A DNA stretch of 63,917 bases, the filler included, from Octopus bimaculoides (taxonomy: Eukaryota): assembly GCF_001194135.2 (NCBI RefSeq). It is 6 parts of 6 records of this genome, joined end to end, with 100 filler letters (N's around TTAATTAATTAA, not from the genome) between each part and the next. Parts side by side here need not be neighbours in the genome. Positions count along the whole stretch, not along the records: positions 35,315 to 63,917 come from NC_068988.1; 5 more parts are not named here. One strand, written 5' to 3'. Made by a program: the position numbers and the translations under genes. The notes beneath the pieces are model-generated. The model worked only from the letters and a program-made list of their open reading frames with translations. It was not told where the DNA came from and ran no database searches. Within the stretch, counting starts at the first letter, position 1. Each line of letters opens with the position of its first letter. Shown here piece by piece: positions 38,534 through 51,594 of this stretch.

Positions 38534-39430
38534 CACAACCACACATATGCTTTAGATGAGAAGATACATTATAGCTTATAAGACACCGTATGTTCAACTG
38601 ATATATTGTTCAATTTTATGCAGTTACATATTTTATTCATATTTTGACTCTGAAATTTAGGTCATGGAAACATCATGTTGTTCTTGTAGTTGTTGTTGGT
38701 GGTGGTAGTGATTGTGGTGGTGGTTGTGGCTCTTTTCGAAACATCAGATTTTGATTTAATGAGTTCCACTTTTAAGTGTCCCGTTTTATTTATTTTTTTT
38801 TTCCATCCTTGCAGATATCGAATATTTAGTACTAAATTTTTCACTGCTATATTCCGTTTTAAAGTTGATAGAATATGATTCGACGGAGAACGGGCTACTA
38901 TTTCTAGTAACTTAGGCAACCACATAGAACCTCGCCCGTTGTTTGGATAATTACCATGTTTAATATTGTACATATTTTTTTGGCACAGACTGTACATTGC
39001 CTTAATATATTATGAATGAATTCATATATTGTTTTATCTAGACGTATATTGCTTTAACGTGCGTAATAGAGAATAGTATATACATAGCTTAATATATATT
39101 GTACATACATGCATTGCCTTCGTATCTATAATTATTAATTTTTAGATCTGCCTAAATATCTATTATGTATATATGATTGTTCTGTGGGATATATATGATA
39201 TATTATTTACAAACGTCATCTGTGACGAAAAATAGTTCTGATCTTATAGAAACATCACATAGTAATGACGAATATATCTGACTGTACAGAAACATTGTTT
39301 GTGTGTTACTAAGTGAAACAGTTTATTTCTCCTCCGTTTAAACCCAATGATGAAAAGCAGCGGAAACCCCAGAGAGAACCTACATTCCTTGTAGCTTCCT
39401 TTATATTTTTCTTTTATTTTCTATGTTTTT

Positions 39431-39795
39431 GTCTTTTACTGTTTTCAATCATTGAACTGCAACCATAATGGTATACAGCCTTGAAATGATTTAGTCGAAC
39501 GAATCGGTCCTCAATTTTTTTAAAGCGTGGTACTTATTCCATCTGAGTCTGGTGCGGGACCGCAAATTTATGGGAACATAAACGACAGAGTAACGGTCGT
39601 GAAGCAGCGGTGGGGGACAAACGTAGACAAAGAAACGCGCGTGCACACACACACACGCACACATGTATCTGTGCATGTATATACGATGGGCTTATTTCAG
39701 TTCAAAGACACTTGCTCCAACTGGGATCTGAACTGGGACTGAACTGGGAATCATGTGATTGGGAAGCAATCTTCTTACCACACACCCACGCATGC
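39431..39795 (-). mobile_element. SINE family B, diverged
   Basis: Reverse complement head TAAGAAGATTGCTTCCCAATCACATG and tail. Confidence 0.8.
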
Positions 39796-42331
39796 TTCTA
39801 TATTAATGACATTTCATTGTAAATTTCCCTTGATAAATTTCGTAACCGATCCCAATGCAATTTGAAATCAGTGGTATCTAACACAAAACTTACACGATAT
39901 AAAACACCTCGTGTCTCCTTCCTTTGTCTCATTCAGTGGTCTCCAATTATTGTCGTCATAATATGCATGTATGAAGACATGCAAGTTCTATTTGATCTTT
40001 ATTGATCTAGACACCTTCTTCTAACAAATATCCACGTCTGAATACTTAATTCTTCCCAAAACAGAAATATGACGCAAGTCTTCAGCAATACGTGTACGCG
40101 TTTCGTCTCTGCGCTACGGGATGGAATGGAATTGATAAAACTATAATCAATCTTAATTGGATATATGGTGCGCGCGCGCATGTGTCTGTGTGTGCGCGCG
40201 CGCATGTGTTCGTGTGTGTTTTCATGTTTCATTCATATTGTACTTCGTAAAGAAATCAAAAGTTTCTTTTATGTTTGATAAGATTATGCAGCAATACTGT
40301 TACGAAATGTAATTAGCCAAATTTGCGTGCACACCAAGTTTAGATATTTTTATGTCCATCTATTATTAGAGTGATTGCTGTTCTCTAAGAGAAGGGCGAA
40401 TAAATTGAGATAGAAAGAAAATAACAAGAACAAACACAAGAACAGCAGCAACAACCAGATCAATCACAGTAACGATACTATAAATAATGATGAAAACGAT
40501 AATAATATTAATGATCACAATGAAGTCAACAGAAATGATAATAATTTCATCATTAGTCTTGCAATTATTGAGACGAGCGGTATGATGTTAATGACAAACT
40601 CGTGTTTATAGTTTAGTAATGTTTTAAGTTTTCTGGAGTGATGCTACTTGTCTCTTGGCTGTAGGGTGACAGTAGATGTTCTTTGGTGACACAGTGAACC
40701 GTAGCAGCCTAGGACACTCAAAATCCATCCTTCGCTTCACATTGATTCAGTCAAAATATGTTCCCCTAGTTCCTCAAGTTAATCGATACGATATGGCTGA
40801 GCTAGAAGCGGGAAGCTTGTGCACATGAGCCTTTCAAGGTTTCTGAAACTGTTTGGGGGGTGGGGGAGAGTAAATTATCATTTGAATGGATAGCTTGGCT
40901 AAATATTCGCGAGAAAAATATTCCGTTAAGGGAAAAAAAAGGACGAGAAAAGGATAACAAAATCGTTAATATAATAGTTTAGCCTCAATTTATACGTCAA
41001 CAGCATGATGGGCTTAACTCCATCATTCTACTCAGTTTTAAGAATATGGATGTTAAGAAGCATCTATAACTAATGATTAAGAACCTTCTATGAATAGATA
41101 ACAAAGAATAAACCATATTAATGGACTAATTCTAATTTCAGATTTCCGCATTCAAAGCAATGCGATCATATTTACTTCCATTTAAACGTGGATATTCAGT
41201 TAAAACAAATTTTAGTGCGGTAGATACTGTGAGAGAAACTCTCATAGAAGTGTTTGTTGCAAAATGAACGCTTATTTATATCGTTGGTGGGGATTTATCT
41301 CCTTGCGAGCAATATAAACTAGCGAGCATTTCCCACCACAAAGCTGATATGAGAGTTCCTCTCATTATTTCCACAGCACTAAAGGTTCTTGTAACAAAAC
41401 ATCCACGTTTTAGTGGGAATAAATATTACTTCTCGACATTAATACTGCCTCTGTTGCTAATATGTATTTTTTAACATTGTGATTATAATTCAGCTCTTTT
41501 ATGTCATCCAGAGTGCTCAATGTGATTGGTTTCTCAGTGATTGGTTGAAATTACAGAAATACGACAACTTTAACATGGAATAATTTATGGATTTCCTTTT
41601 TTTTTAAGAAGATTAAGAGAAAAAGATGTTTTATATGACACATTCTACCAGTGATCCAAGTTTCAAAGTGTTTCGTTAATGAAAAATGTGGCCCCCGTTT
41701 TAAAAAAGATCCCAAAGACGTACACACACACACACAGACACACACACACACACACACACATGTACATGTGTGTGTGTATATGTTTTTCAGTACGCTTGTT
41801 TATAATCATTATGCGTGTGTATAACTGCGTCTATACATGTGTGTGTATGCGTATTTTGTTTAGAACCTGCACGTCCTGTAATATTAATCGGTGTGTCAGG
41901 CAATCCCAATGAAACAGAAATGTCAGCTTAATGTAACAGAAAATTGCACAATGCATGATGTAAAGATTCTGTTGAAACGTTTAGATATTACAAGAATACT
42001 CCGTTTCCGTGGATACCCGCTGCCGTGCCACCGTAAGTGCGGTGGAGGAGTGTGGTCAATTGTACAATACTTAGAAGGTGTACTGCAACTGTGATACGAA
42101 ACAAAATATATTTCACTGTTTTACATGAGAATACATGATACACGCTTTGTAACACTGTGGGCATCAGCACTTATATATATATATAGTTATGTGTATTTCT
42201 TCTATCTTAATGAATAAAAATTATTCTGATAGAATAAATGGGTTAATAGAAACCAATGTAGCAAAGAACAAGACATATGTAGGAATAAAGTATGCAATTA
42301 TAACATGCGTTTTCTCCAATCCTTAAATTCT

Positions 42332-42385
<54 letters not shown>

Positions 42386-42410
42386 TACATATATTATATA
42401 TATATATTAA

Positions 42411-42605
42411 TGCAGGCATAACTGTGTGATAAGGAACTTGCTTCCCAACCAAAGCCCTGCGAGTGGATTGTGTAGACGGAAACTGAAACAAGCCCGTCGT
42501 ATATATACAGATTTTTGTGCGTGTTTTATGTGACTGTGTTTGACCCCCACCACTGCTTGAAAAACGGCTGTTGGTGTGTTCAACTAAAGATTCTTCAAGG
42601 TTATG
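42411..42605 (+). mobile_element. SINE family B with internal deletions
   Basis: Head plus GTGGATT.GTAGACGGAAACTGA block. Confidence 0.75.
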
Positions 42606-42651
42606 TTCGAACATGGTAGCAGTCTCACGACTGTAAAAGGTAATGGATAAA

Positions 42652-42695
<44 letters not shown>

Positions 42696-42704
42696 TTATT
42701 TATA

Positions 42705-42860
42705 TAGAGTTGGGCGTAAATCCGTTAATCCGTTAATCGCTAATTAACGAAGCTGATATTATATCGTTAACGATTTAACTTTTAAGTTAACTTTGAAAAT
42801 CATTATCGGACTAATTAACTTCCGTTACTTTTAGCTTCCGTTAACTCAAGTCTTTTAACC
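42705..42860 (+). mobile_element. Probable hAT-type DNA transposon or MITE terminus
   Basis: Starts TAGAGTTGGGC and carries many CCGTTAA/TTAAC subterminal motifs; no second end found. Confidence 0.4.
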
Positions 42861-43773
42861 CAAGAATTTCCTAAAAAGCGGTAAACGTTTAAAAGTTTCT
42901 ATTGTTTCAGATTGTCTTTGCATATTTAATTTTGCCCGTGTCATTCTTTCAACCCCGATATAACGCCACTTATTCTTACAAATAACTTGTCTGACCTCGT
43001 CCTACAAGTGATTTATATATTATTATAATACATTTGTTTGATATTCTAGTATTTGCATAGCCCAACAATATTTTCGATATTGTAAGATCCGATTTGTTAA
43101 TTAGCCACATGCTTTGTAATAGCATCTAATATTTATATTGTTTAAGATTTTAGGTGATGGCATCTCAACAACTTCAATCTATTGACATCGTCGAGATTGA
43201 AACTGCCAGTGCCACTATAAACCAGTGGTGCATAAATCACTCACTGACAAAATTTGAATACTGTATGTAAAAAATTGTTCCAAGCAAATATTTTGGACAC
43301 CTCTTCAAAATAACATGAATAAAGAAGCATTTCCTTTGACAGATTAATATGAACACTAAAGATGTTTTTAGGGTTTTTTTTTATACACACATAACACAGC
43401 CTCGCTCGGTTGGGACTACGTGATACTTTGACATCATCGTTCCATAAAATTTGTTTATGAGGAGAAAAATATTGAAAATTATCAATAGATGGGAGTGAGA
43501 AAGAAAAGAGGAAGGAGGTTTGTGGATGTGCTAGAAAAAACAGCCAGATCTCGCTTGAATCACATATTTTCATCTGAAATTGTTAACAATTTTTTTTAAA
43601 CCGAAAATGTTTTTCTCGCGGGTTTTAAGTGTGTAATGAATAAAAAAANNNNNNNNNNCGAACTGGGATGAAAGGGTGGCGGGAGTGAAAAACAAATTCC
43701 CTAGCTACACACAAGAGAGAAAACATGTCAAAAAATGGGTCAGTTCCTCTCCAATATTTTGTAAATTCTTAAA

Positions 43774-44146
43774 TATATGTATTTTAATACTTAAACTCTT
43801 TTTAACATTTTCATATTATTACCAGAGAATGTATATTTGTATTTTAATATTTTTGAGACAGCCAGTCTTTAACACTACAAAGCTTATACAAAGCTTTATA
43901 TTTTAAACATATTCTTCTTATTTATTATCAAAGAATGTATATATGTATTTTAATAATTAAACTGTTTCTTAAACATTTTCTATTACTATCAAAGAATATG
44001 TATATGTATTTTTATATATGTATTTTAATACTTAAACTGTTTTTAACATTCTCTTATTGTTATCAGAGAATGTATATATGTATTTTAATACTTTTGTGAC
44101 AACCTGTACTTAACACTACAACGCTTATATAAAGCTCTATATTTTA
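43774..44146. repeat. Degenerate ~55-bp minisatellite with a 132-bp higher-order duplication
   Basis: 43774-43905 matches 44015-44146; unit GAATGTATATATGTATTTTAATAC... Confidence 0.8.
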
Positions 44147-44403
44147 CTTTTGACAATCTTTTTCTAAAAAAGTGAAACCGGTAAAGTGAATAAACATCTT
44201 TAAAATTGCATTTTTAAACCTTNNNNNNNNNNNNNNNNNNNNNNNNNNNNNNNNNNNNNNNNNNNNNNNNNNNNNNNNNNNNNNNNNNNNNNNNNNNNNN
44301 NNNNNNNNNNNNNNNNNNNNNNNNNNNNNNNNNNNNNNNNNNNNNNNNNNNNNNNNNNNNNTATATATATATATATATATATATGTAGTTTTGGGATTTG
44401 GTT

Positions 44404-44576
44404 TGCAGGATTCTTTATATGAGTTCGTGTGTTGAAGCATATTTTGCTGTGTCTAGGGAGAGTCATTGCCTTTTAGTGCCTTATTATTTAACACACTCAC
44501 CAGCAAAGTATTCGCTCACATATTTTTCTAAATTTTTCGTTGCGCATTGTAACCTTTTCAGTATCCAAGTTGCGTT
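44404..44576 (+). repeat. Interspersed repeat (GGGAGAGTCATT family), copy 2
   Basis: Aligns with 17636-17764. Confidence 0.75.
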
Positions 44577-44854
44577 CTTTTTGTTTGTTTGTGCGTATGT
44601 GTGGGGGTCAGTGTGTGCGCGCATACACATGTATGTGTGTATGTATGCATGTATGTATGTAGGTATGTATGTATGCATGTGTGCATGTGTGTATGTATGC
44701 ATGCACGTAAGTGTGCGTATGCATGTGTGTGTGTTTGTGGACGTTTATATGTATGTATGTATGTACGTTTGTATATATGTATTCTGCATATTCATGTGTT
44801 TGTGTGTTCGTATTTTTATGTGTGTGTCGGTGTTTGCATATGTGTTTTTGTGTG

Positions 44855-45066
44855 TGTGTCTGTGTTTCCCCCCACCCCTCACATCGCGTGACAACCAATG
44901 CTGGTGTTTACGTCCCCGTGACTTAGCGGTTCGGCAAAAGATACCGACAGAATAAGTATTAGGCATACAAAGAATAAGTCCTGGGGACAATTTGCTCGAC
45001 TAAAGGCGGTGCTCCAGCATGGCCACAGTCAAATGACTGAAACAAGTAAAAGAGAGAGTAAAGAGT
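44855..45066 (+). mobile_element. SINE family B 3' half
   Basis: Tail CCAGCATGGCCACAGTCAAATGACTGAAAC. Confidence 0.9.
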
Positions 45067-45080
45067 ATGTGAATGACTAG

Positions 45081-45151
45081 AAACTTTACCGGTGAAAGTG
45101 TTAAATAATAAGCCACTAAAAGAGAATGACTCTCACCAGACACAACTATAT
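45081..45151 (-). repeat. Interspersed repeat (GGGAGAGTCATT family), copy 3, running into a gap
   Basis: Reverse complement TATAGTTGTGTCTGGTGAGAGTCATTCTCTTTTAGTGG. Confidence 0.75.
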
Positions 45152-45419
45152 NNNNNNNNNNNNNNNNNNNNNNNNNNNNNNNNNNNNNNNNNNNNNNNNN
45201 NNNNNNNNNNNNNNNNNNNNNNNNNNNNNNNNNNNNNNNNNNNNNNNNNNNNNNNNNNNNNNNNNNNNNNNNNNNNNNNNNNNNNNNNNNNNNNNNNNNN
45301 NNNNNNNNNNNNNNNNNNNNNNNNNNNNNNNNNNNNNNNNNNNNNNNNNNNNNNNNNNNNNNNNNNNNNNNNNNNNNNNNNNNNNNNNNNNNNNNNNNNN
45401 NNNNNNNNNNNNNNNNNCT

Positions 45420-45478
45420 GCGATACGTACGGACCCGAGTTTCAGGGTTATTTCCCTTCTTCAGCGTACGATAATCGC
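45420..45478 (-). ncRNA. Canonical type I hammerhead ribozyme
   Basis: GCGAT-TAT-CGTACG-CTGAAGA-AGGG-AAATAA-CCCT-GAAAC-TCGG-GTC-CGTACG-T-ATCGC: all core nucleotides, three stems and a GUC triplet. Confidence 0.88.
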
Positions 45479-46196
45479 CGACCTTTGATGAGAATGACAA
45501 TCCCTTGGCAATATATAAGTCTTTTTCCAGTGAAGTTATTCACTGATATAGAAAAAATATATATATATATATATCTGTATGTATATATATGCATACATAC
45601 ATGCATACATAGATAAATTAGCAAGTGCATTTTGTTTAGATGAATCTGAGTAGATCTATTTTCAAAATCATTTCCGTCGTGCCATCTCCTTTTGTTTTTT
45701 TTGAAACGAACAACCAAACTTTTAACCTCCTGCAAGACAAGAAATTATCATGTGACAAAAGTTGGGCAGCTAATCAACTACCTTCATGTGAATTGATAAT
45801 GTTGTTTGAGAGCTGATGATTATGATATATAACTAAAAAAAAACAAAAACAACGCAGTGTGTTAAACTCTTCAGTTTACGCAGTCTGTTGCAGCACACAA
45901 GAATTGCACAACTGAACTAGATATAGAAAAATAAAAGAGAGTTCGGCAGTTTGCCAGCATACTGATATAAAAAACATGTGACATATTCAAACAAATACTG
46001 ATATATTTTGATATTAACGTAAGATTTTACCCGTAGAAATAATTGCAAACTTGGCTAACATTTTTTGTTGATTTTGTTTTTTGCAAATCACTTGTATGAA
46101 GACTTCTTTTTGTAGTAACCCGTTATTGACGTATTCTTTTCCATTTACTATGACCCACAAGTATAATGTCCTATCTTTAAGTATCCTCATTTGTAA

Positions 46197-46555
46197 GTGG
46201 GGCAGAAAAAGCGCCTCAAATATACACTCAAAGCCTCACTGAAGTGCTTTCAGATCAACTCCGACACCTGGGAAATTCAAACACAGAACTGCCCTTCCTA
46301 GTGTAGACGCACCAACAAAGGTACCACCACGTACGAACAAAACAGGATCGTAGGAGTAGAAAGAAATAGTGAGCTGCGATAGTCCAGAGACAACTGTTTG
46401 CCTTCATTCCCAGCAGACCACCATTGCCCAACCTGTGGTAGAATCTTCTGAATACGCAGCGGCCTGATCATCCACAGCCGGACGCACTGTCACCCTTATT
46501 CTTTTCTCATATGATGTCTCTGGTCTACGTAGACAACGACGGACGACCATTATTA
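46197..46555 (+). mobile_element. RTE (BovB-like) LINE 3' end
   Basis: GQKKRLKYTLKASLK...DTWEIQTQN...HCPTCGRIF*IRSGLIIHSRTH, then tail GACAACGACGGACGA. Confidence 0.88.
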
Positions 46556-46587
46556 CTTATATAACCAACACTCTATCAAGTCATCAC

Positions 46588-47070
46588 AAAAGTAATGAAG
46601 TACCGTCTCGAGTTCTATGACTGATAGGGCTAGGTACCCGGTTTCTATGGCGTATACTGGCATTCCGTCAGCTACGACGACGGGTATTCCATTTGGTCCG
46701 ATCAGTGGAACAGCCTGCTCGTGGAATTAACGTGCAAGTGGCAGAGTACTTCGTACTTCACGGACACGCGTACCCTTCACGCAAGTTCTCAGATTATCAA
46801 GGAGATTCAGTGTGGCACACAGCGTAACTAGGCTTGCCCTTTGAAATACAGGTACAACTCATTTTTTACAGTTGAGTAGACTGGAGGAAATTGAAATTAA
46901 GTGGCCGAAATCTCAACATCTGCATTGAATGGGACGCCAGTCCGTCGCAGGGTTACACATATATACAGGGGCCTGGAGGAAATTTAATTGAAATGTGTTG
47001 CTCAAAAGCACAACACACTGGCCGGTGCGGCAATCAAAACCAGGATCGCTGCTAGACCATGTGCCTGCAC
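46588..47070 (-). mobile_element. Nested CORE-type SINEs (outer copy plus an inner copy at about 46656-46920 with a family-C tail)
   Basis: Outer parts align with 59622-59868; inner part aligns with the family-C 3' half and the CORE block. Confidence 0.7.
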
Positions 47071-48134
47071 TATTGCGCAAAATACTATTTAAAAGCTATC
47101 ATCTGTTCGATGACATATTAAATTTGAAAAACCTAGAATAGGTCGCGGGTGTCCAGAGAACACGTATTGCCAAGCACATATAAAACAGGTATATTGAGAT
47201 GAAAGCCGTAAATATATTGGTGACAATTACTTCTCTGAATTCATAATGATTGTAATTAGTAATAGCACTATTCAAATTCAGATTTACGACAAAATGAATA
47301 TGCTATATAATATTTCGAGTAACTACACTACACAATAAAACATGAAACAACGTAGGAAACGTGAACGGCTAGAAATAGATGTTCTCTCAAACAAAAGAGG
47401 GACTTCTTCGATAAATGAGGCTGCATTAGGGTTGAAAAAAGAAAAAAAGAAGATGACATGGTCCTCGACTACAGTGTCTTTTAGATGTGATGATCGCTAA
47501 CCCAGGGCTGAATATTAATCCCAACAATAACAATTGTAACACCAATATGACTTGTATATGTAAGAATAATGGTTGTTATCTATAAACCTTACATAACGCT
47601 GAATACTATATAACTTGTTTTAATAGAGCTTCAGTGAAGAGTTCTCTCTCTATTGTATGTTACAGATTGCATGTTTCATAGAATGTATATCTCTCAAGAT
47701 TAAGTCACGTTATATTTATACGTGGCTTAACCACAGAAGGGATTGTAATAGCATGAGCATTATTGAGAGCCTCTGAGGTAGATGGCAAAGACCTGTACGT
47801 GCTTGTTTGATCTGCTTGACAAAGCAGTTTAATGAACTCAGATCACACGTTGAATGTTTTAAAAGTCGAAGAAATTGTGCACTAGATTATGTTTCCTAGG
47901 AATTTCTAAAAAGAAAAAGCAGAAAAGAAAAAGAAAGGATGTTTAACGCTGGAAAAATCTTTGAATACAGATCAACTCAGTATTGACTGACTTGAGGATA
48001 AAAGTAATGAATAATATCTCAGTCGTCATCATCACCATTACTATCATCACCACTACCACCAGCACCATAACACAACCACAAAACCATCACCTTGATATAA
48101 GAAAAGGACGAGAAGATTACGGCTGGAATATCTT

Positions 48135-48738
48135 TTGATCCTAACCATACCGGAACAAGGCTGCAGTGGGATAAAACAATAACAACATCGAATAGATAAC
48201 AGTAGCACCATGTAGTCCTACTATTGGGATACAAACAACGAACGACTTGGCACGCAATGAACTGAACACGTTTACCATATCTCCGCAGACTGGTGTCTCA
48301 CAGGAAATATTCTCAGAAGGCGAATGAGCACGAATCGTGAACAAGGTACAATGAGATACAGTGTTTACAGGGAATCAGAAGATAAAACTGAGATATCAAG
48401 ATATAGAGAAAAATCGCTGACAACCTAATTAACGATATAATTAGGGATCTGTACAGTGATTGACATGACATATATTGAGAGGTTAAATATTTAACCTATC
48501 AGATGGTGGAGCAATAACTTCCTGTAACAGTTAGTTATGCAGTATCACTGCATATTATCGTTCCAGCGTTACACATTCACATCGCAAATATATACTACAA
48601 CCGACATGCGATATTCTGGATATGAAAATGGCTACACACGCTGATATATGTATGTGTGTGTGGTGTGTCGCTGAGTGCGTGCGTAGTGTGTTTTAATGCG
48701 TATGTATTAGACACAAAGACACACACGCACGGATGTAT

Positions 48739-48772
<34 letters not shown>

Positions 48773-48900
48773 ACATACATATATATAAGTCGTTCGTTGT
48801 TTGTATTCCAGTAGTGGGACTACATTGTGTTATTGTTATCTATTCGGTGTTGTTATTGTTTAATCCTACCTCAGCCTCGTTCCACCGTGGGTAGGATCAA
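48135..48900. repeat. 114-bp inverted repeat pair (48135-48248 and 48787-48900)
   Basis: AAGTCGTTCGTTGTTTGTAT...GGATCAA on opposite strands, about 80% identical by eye. Confidence 0.8.
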
Positions 48901-49461
48901 TACACACTCAGACACATACACAAACACGCACACCTGTATGACGTATAAGAATAAACAAAAGCGATCCAGCCGGTAATCCATATGTAGAGTTCAAGGCTGG
49001 TGTTCCGAGGTCGAATTTAGAGTAAACCCGCGTATGCATTTAATATACGGCGTAAAGACGTCGATAAATATTGATGTAAAATTTTCAAATTTTGTCACAA
49101 GGCCAGCAATTTTTTTTTTTTTTGTGGAGAAGTCGATTACTCTGACGCTAGTGCTCAACTGCTATCTATTTTATCGACTCCAGAAGGATGAAAGGCAATT
49201 CGATCGACGGAATATGAATTCAGATGGAATCAGATTGCTCAAGTTTTTCCACAACGTCATGATTGCTAGCAATAATTCCAAAGGATTTGTAAGGGCTATC
49301 ACGAAATATGGTGCACGAAAACATCAACGGAAAGTCTGACTTCATGACAACAAGCAAGCTTATTTCTAGGAAGCCCCAGGAAAATAGTGTCATCATATAA
49401 CTCCCAGTATCAATTGATCTCCGGCGTCACTTGATTCACACACATATATATATAATATATA

Positions 49462-49694
49462 GGCGGCGAGCTGGCAGAAACGTTAGCACGCCGGGCGAAA
49501 TGCTTAGCGGTATTTCGTCTGCCGCTACGTTCTGAGTTCAAATTCCGCCGAGGTCGACTTTGCCTTTCATCCTTTCGGGGTCGATTAAATAAGTACCAGT
49601 TACGCACTGGGGTCGATATAATCGACTTAATCCGTTTGTCTGTCCTTGTTTGTCCCCTCTGTGTGTAGCCCCTTGTGGGTAGTAAAGAAATAAC
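49462..49694 (+). mobile_element. Full-length SINE family A with 16-bp TSD
   Basis: TSD ATATATATAATATATA at 49446-49461 and 49695-49710. Confidence 0.93.
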
Positions 49695-50222
49695 ATATAT
49701 ATAATATATAGTAAATATATGTATGTGTTGGAGGGTGTAACATACAAAAACATTTTTTCATATAAAATGCTCCCTTCGCACATACACCATGCGTATGTTT
49801 ATTACATATGCTTCTTTACAGTCACACTATGTGACATTGTTTGTATACACAACTTGTACTTATACTCATGCAATTGTGTACCATAAAAAACAAACATTTA
49901 ATATCTACATTCGATGAAACACAATATAGATGCGTAGTAGACCTAAACCATCTCTCTATATATAGAATGGTTGTTTACAAATATTTAAACATATGTAAAC
50001 ATTCATGCTCACATACTGACTCGCTAGTGTGTGTATGTCCATTTGCTGTGTGTAAGGGAAGATTATATTTAGTGAGCTACTAATGTGAATTCCACATTTT
50101 TGAAATATACGGATGTATATATATGTATTTAGATATAGTAATACACATCTATTTGTGTTTATATCTATGTTCCTCTCTCTCCGTCCTTCTCTCTATCACT
50201 CTCATACATATCTATGTATGTG

Positions 50223-50255
<33 letters not shown>

Positions 50256-50711
50256 NNNNNNNNNNNNNNNNNNNNNNNNNNNNNNNNNNNNNNNNNNNNN
50301 NNNNNNNNNNNNNNNNNNNNNNNNNNNNNNNNNNNNNNNNNNNNNNNNNNNNNNNNNNNNNNNNNNNNNNNNNNNNNNNNNNNNNNNNNNNNNNNNNNNN
50401 NNNNNNNNNNNNNNNNNNNNNNNNNNNNNNNNNNNNNNNNNNNNNNNNNNNNNNNNNNNNNNNNNNNNNNNNNNNNNNNNNNNNNNNNNNNNNNNNNNNN
50501 NNNNNNNNNNNNNNNNNNNNNNNNNNNNNNNNNNNNNNNNNNNNNNNNNNNNNNNNNNNNNNNNNNNNNNNNNNNNNNNNNNNNNNNNNNNNNNNNNNNN
50601 NNNNNNNNNNNNNNNNNNNNNNAAATAATCATTGAGAACAATTTAGGTTTTTGTAGACACAAGATGTGATCTATTTCTAGCACATTAAGTGTCCACGTGA
50701 GTGATCAACGT

Positions 50712-50754
<43 letters not shown>

Positions 50755-51529
50755 TACATGCACACATATATCTTACGGATATGGGTTTTGCAATGAGAAA
50801 TGCCTACGTACGTAGAAATTGTTGATTCTTAAGATTATACGTATATATAGAATCAACTAATACGTACTTCCATAACTCCGTTCTACACTTCCTTTGACAC
50901 TAAAAATACCTACAACATCGGCGCGATATTAAACTTCCTTGAACAATATGCATGATTAAAATGTCAACTAGACATCTATTATGCGAAACAGATGTAAAAA
51001 CAAGACTTGATCATGTTATTTGAATATGCAACTTTTCATATAAATACATTTGCTCGCTACGTATTGTGTGCTTGCCTTTCTAATGTGTGTGTGTGTGAGT
51101 GTTTGTGTGTGTGTGCGCGTTTGTGCATTTATGCATGTATATTCTTAAATATATGTGTGCACGTATCTATATTCCTGCAATTATGCATGTGTCAGTGATT
51201 GTCATCCGTTTATTAATTGTGTTCTGCTGTTCGTTTATTCTTGTCATTTTCACATTATTCCATTGATTTCCGGTTTCTGTGTTTCCCTTTTTCTGAAATG
51301 CTAAACCTGGTTCTTTGCTTACCAATCAATAGTGTTGTTGTAGTGGGTCGAGGGCGTGACGGTTGGGATAAGTAATGTTCTCTTCTCTTTAGCTAACCTC
51401 TTATCATACATAGTTTATTCTGATGTCAAGGATACTTGCGCCCTTTTCAGTTTTTATTTTTTGTTGTGGTAGTTTATCCTTCAGTTCAGTCCTGATAAAC
51501 AGACGGCTGATATTCCTGTATCCACAATC

Positions 51530-51594
<65 letters not shown>

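Noticed and set aside
39999-40130. AETKRVHVLLKTCVIFLFW resembling GPCR TM6
   Set aside because: No CWxP motif, no flanking helices; the ORF starts in a microsatellite.
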